From NCBI GenBank assembly GCA_028872875.1, contig JAGWOC010000006.1, positions 7,796 through 71,795 of the forward strand: a stretch of 64,000 bases of DNA, in the 5' to 3' direction. Below, piece after piece: positions 63,498-64,000 of the stretch. A program made the position numbers and the translations under genes. Within the stretch, counting starts at the first letter, position 1, and every line of letters begins with the position of its first letter. The notes under the pieces were generated by a model. It was given only the letters and a program-made list of their open reading frames with translations, was not told the origin of the DNA and ran no database searches. The DNA comes from Chloroflexota bacterium. Lineage in GTDB: Bacteria > Chloroflexota > Dehalococcoidia > DSTF01 > JACRBR01.

Positions 63498-64000
63498 ACT
63501 CCTGCGTGATGATGCCGTCGGATCGCCGGTCCCGCTGCCCGAGCGCCTGGCGGCGCTGTACGGCGGCCTTCGTCTGAATCAGCCGGGGCCGTCGAAGCGC
63601 ATCATCAGTAACTTCGTCTCAACGATTGACGGAGTCGTGGCGCTCAATGACGACGGCACCTCAGGTGGCGGCGAGATCAGCGGGTTCAATCGACATGACC
63701 GCGCGCTGATGGGGTTGCTTCGTTCCGTGAGCGATGCCATCGTGGTCGGTGCCGGGACCTTGAGGGCTGCGCCTCAGCATCTCTGGAACGCGGCAAGGGC
63801 CTTCCCCGAGCTCAAGGATGACTATCGCGAACTGCGCCACCGGCTCGGGAAGGCGGATGAGCCGCTCAACGTGATCGTCACAGCAAGCGGCAACCTCGAC
63901 CCCGGCTACTCGGTGTTCAACAGTGATCTCGTGCAGACGCTCGTCGTCACGACGCGTGATGGCGCGCGTGAACTGACGCGCAGAGGACTGCCGCCGCGCG
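63475..64000 (+). CDS. RibD C-terminal / dihydrofolate reductase family protein (3' truncated by window)
   Basis: Frame translated by hand from GTG 63475: NFVSTIDGVVA, DRALMGLLR..DAIVVGAGTLR, VTASG; not in the ORF track because no stop falls inside the window. Confidence 0.85.
   Translation, partial: MTELTPFELLRDDAVGSPVPLPERLAALYGGLRLNQPGPSKRIISNFVSTIDGVVALNDDGTSGGGEISGFNRHDRALMGLLRSVSDAIVVGAGTLRAAPQHLWNAARAFPELKDDYRELRHRLGKADEPLNVIVTASGNLDPGYSVFNSDLVQTLVVTTRDGARELTRRGLPPR

Noticed and set aside
58581-64000. Prophage or integrative element at tRNA-Arg
   Set aside because: No integrase, phage gene or att duplicate inside the window; cannot be excluded beyond it

Overview
High-GC bacterial chromosomal window, probably Chloroflexota of the Dehalococcoidia-like group. 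This is an inference from a dockerin-type C-terminal tag, a CxHHW zinc-ribbon microprotein, tRNA-Arg(UCG), many leaderless genes and a Chloroflexota-type GH3. Left part (1-20.7 kb): a stress/hypoxia-type cluster (USPs, GNAT, beta-CASP, LOG, di-iron ferritin-like protein), hydrolases, a split riboflavin operon and surface-polysaccharide genes. Centre (about 20.9-45.1 kb): an island-like block bounded by decayed genes. It carries (i) a complete Tat-exported molybdoenzyme of the anammox/Nitrospira NXR lineage (alpha, small unknown, beta, chaperone, membrane-anchored haem-b gamma, unknown polytopic membrane protein); (ii) an orphan, signal-less ethylbenzene-dehydrogenase-like Mo hydroxylase alpha subunit with a GpdQ-like phosphodiesterase and a TetR; and (iii) a divergent 11-gene CoA/beta-oxidation operon under mirror-image promoters and operators. 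Right part: an LvaA/LvaB-like kinase pair, an unusual GH3-transmembrane-OmpR winged-helix fusion, a DEAD-box helicase, a NarL-type regulator with phased palindromes, tRNA-His, tRNA-Arg(UCG), and a TrmB-regulated folE/reductase cluster running off the end. No CRISPR array, integrase or transposase was seen. All homology calls come from motif recognition by eye; no database search was run.
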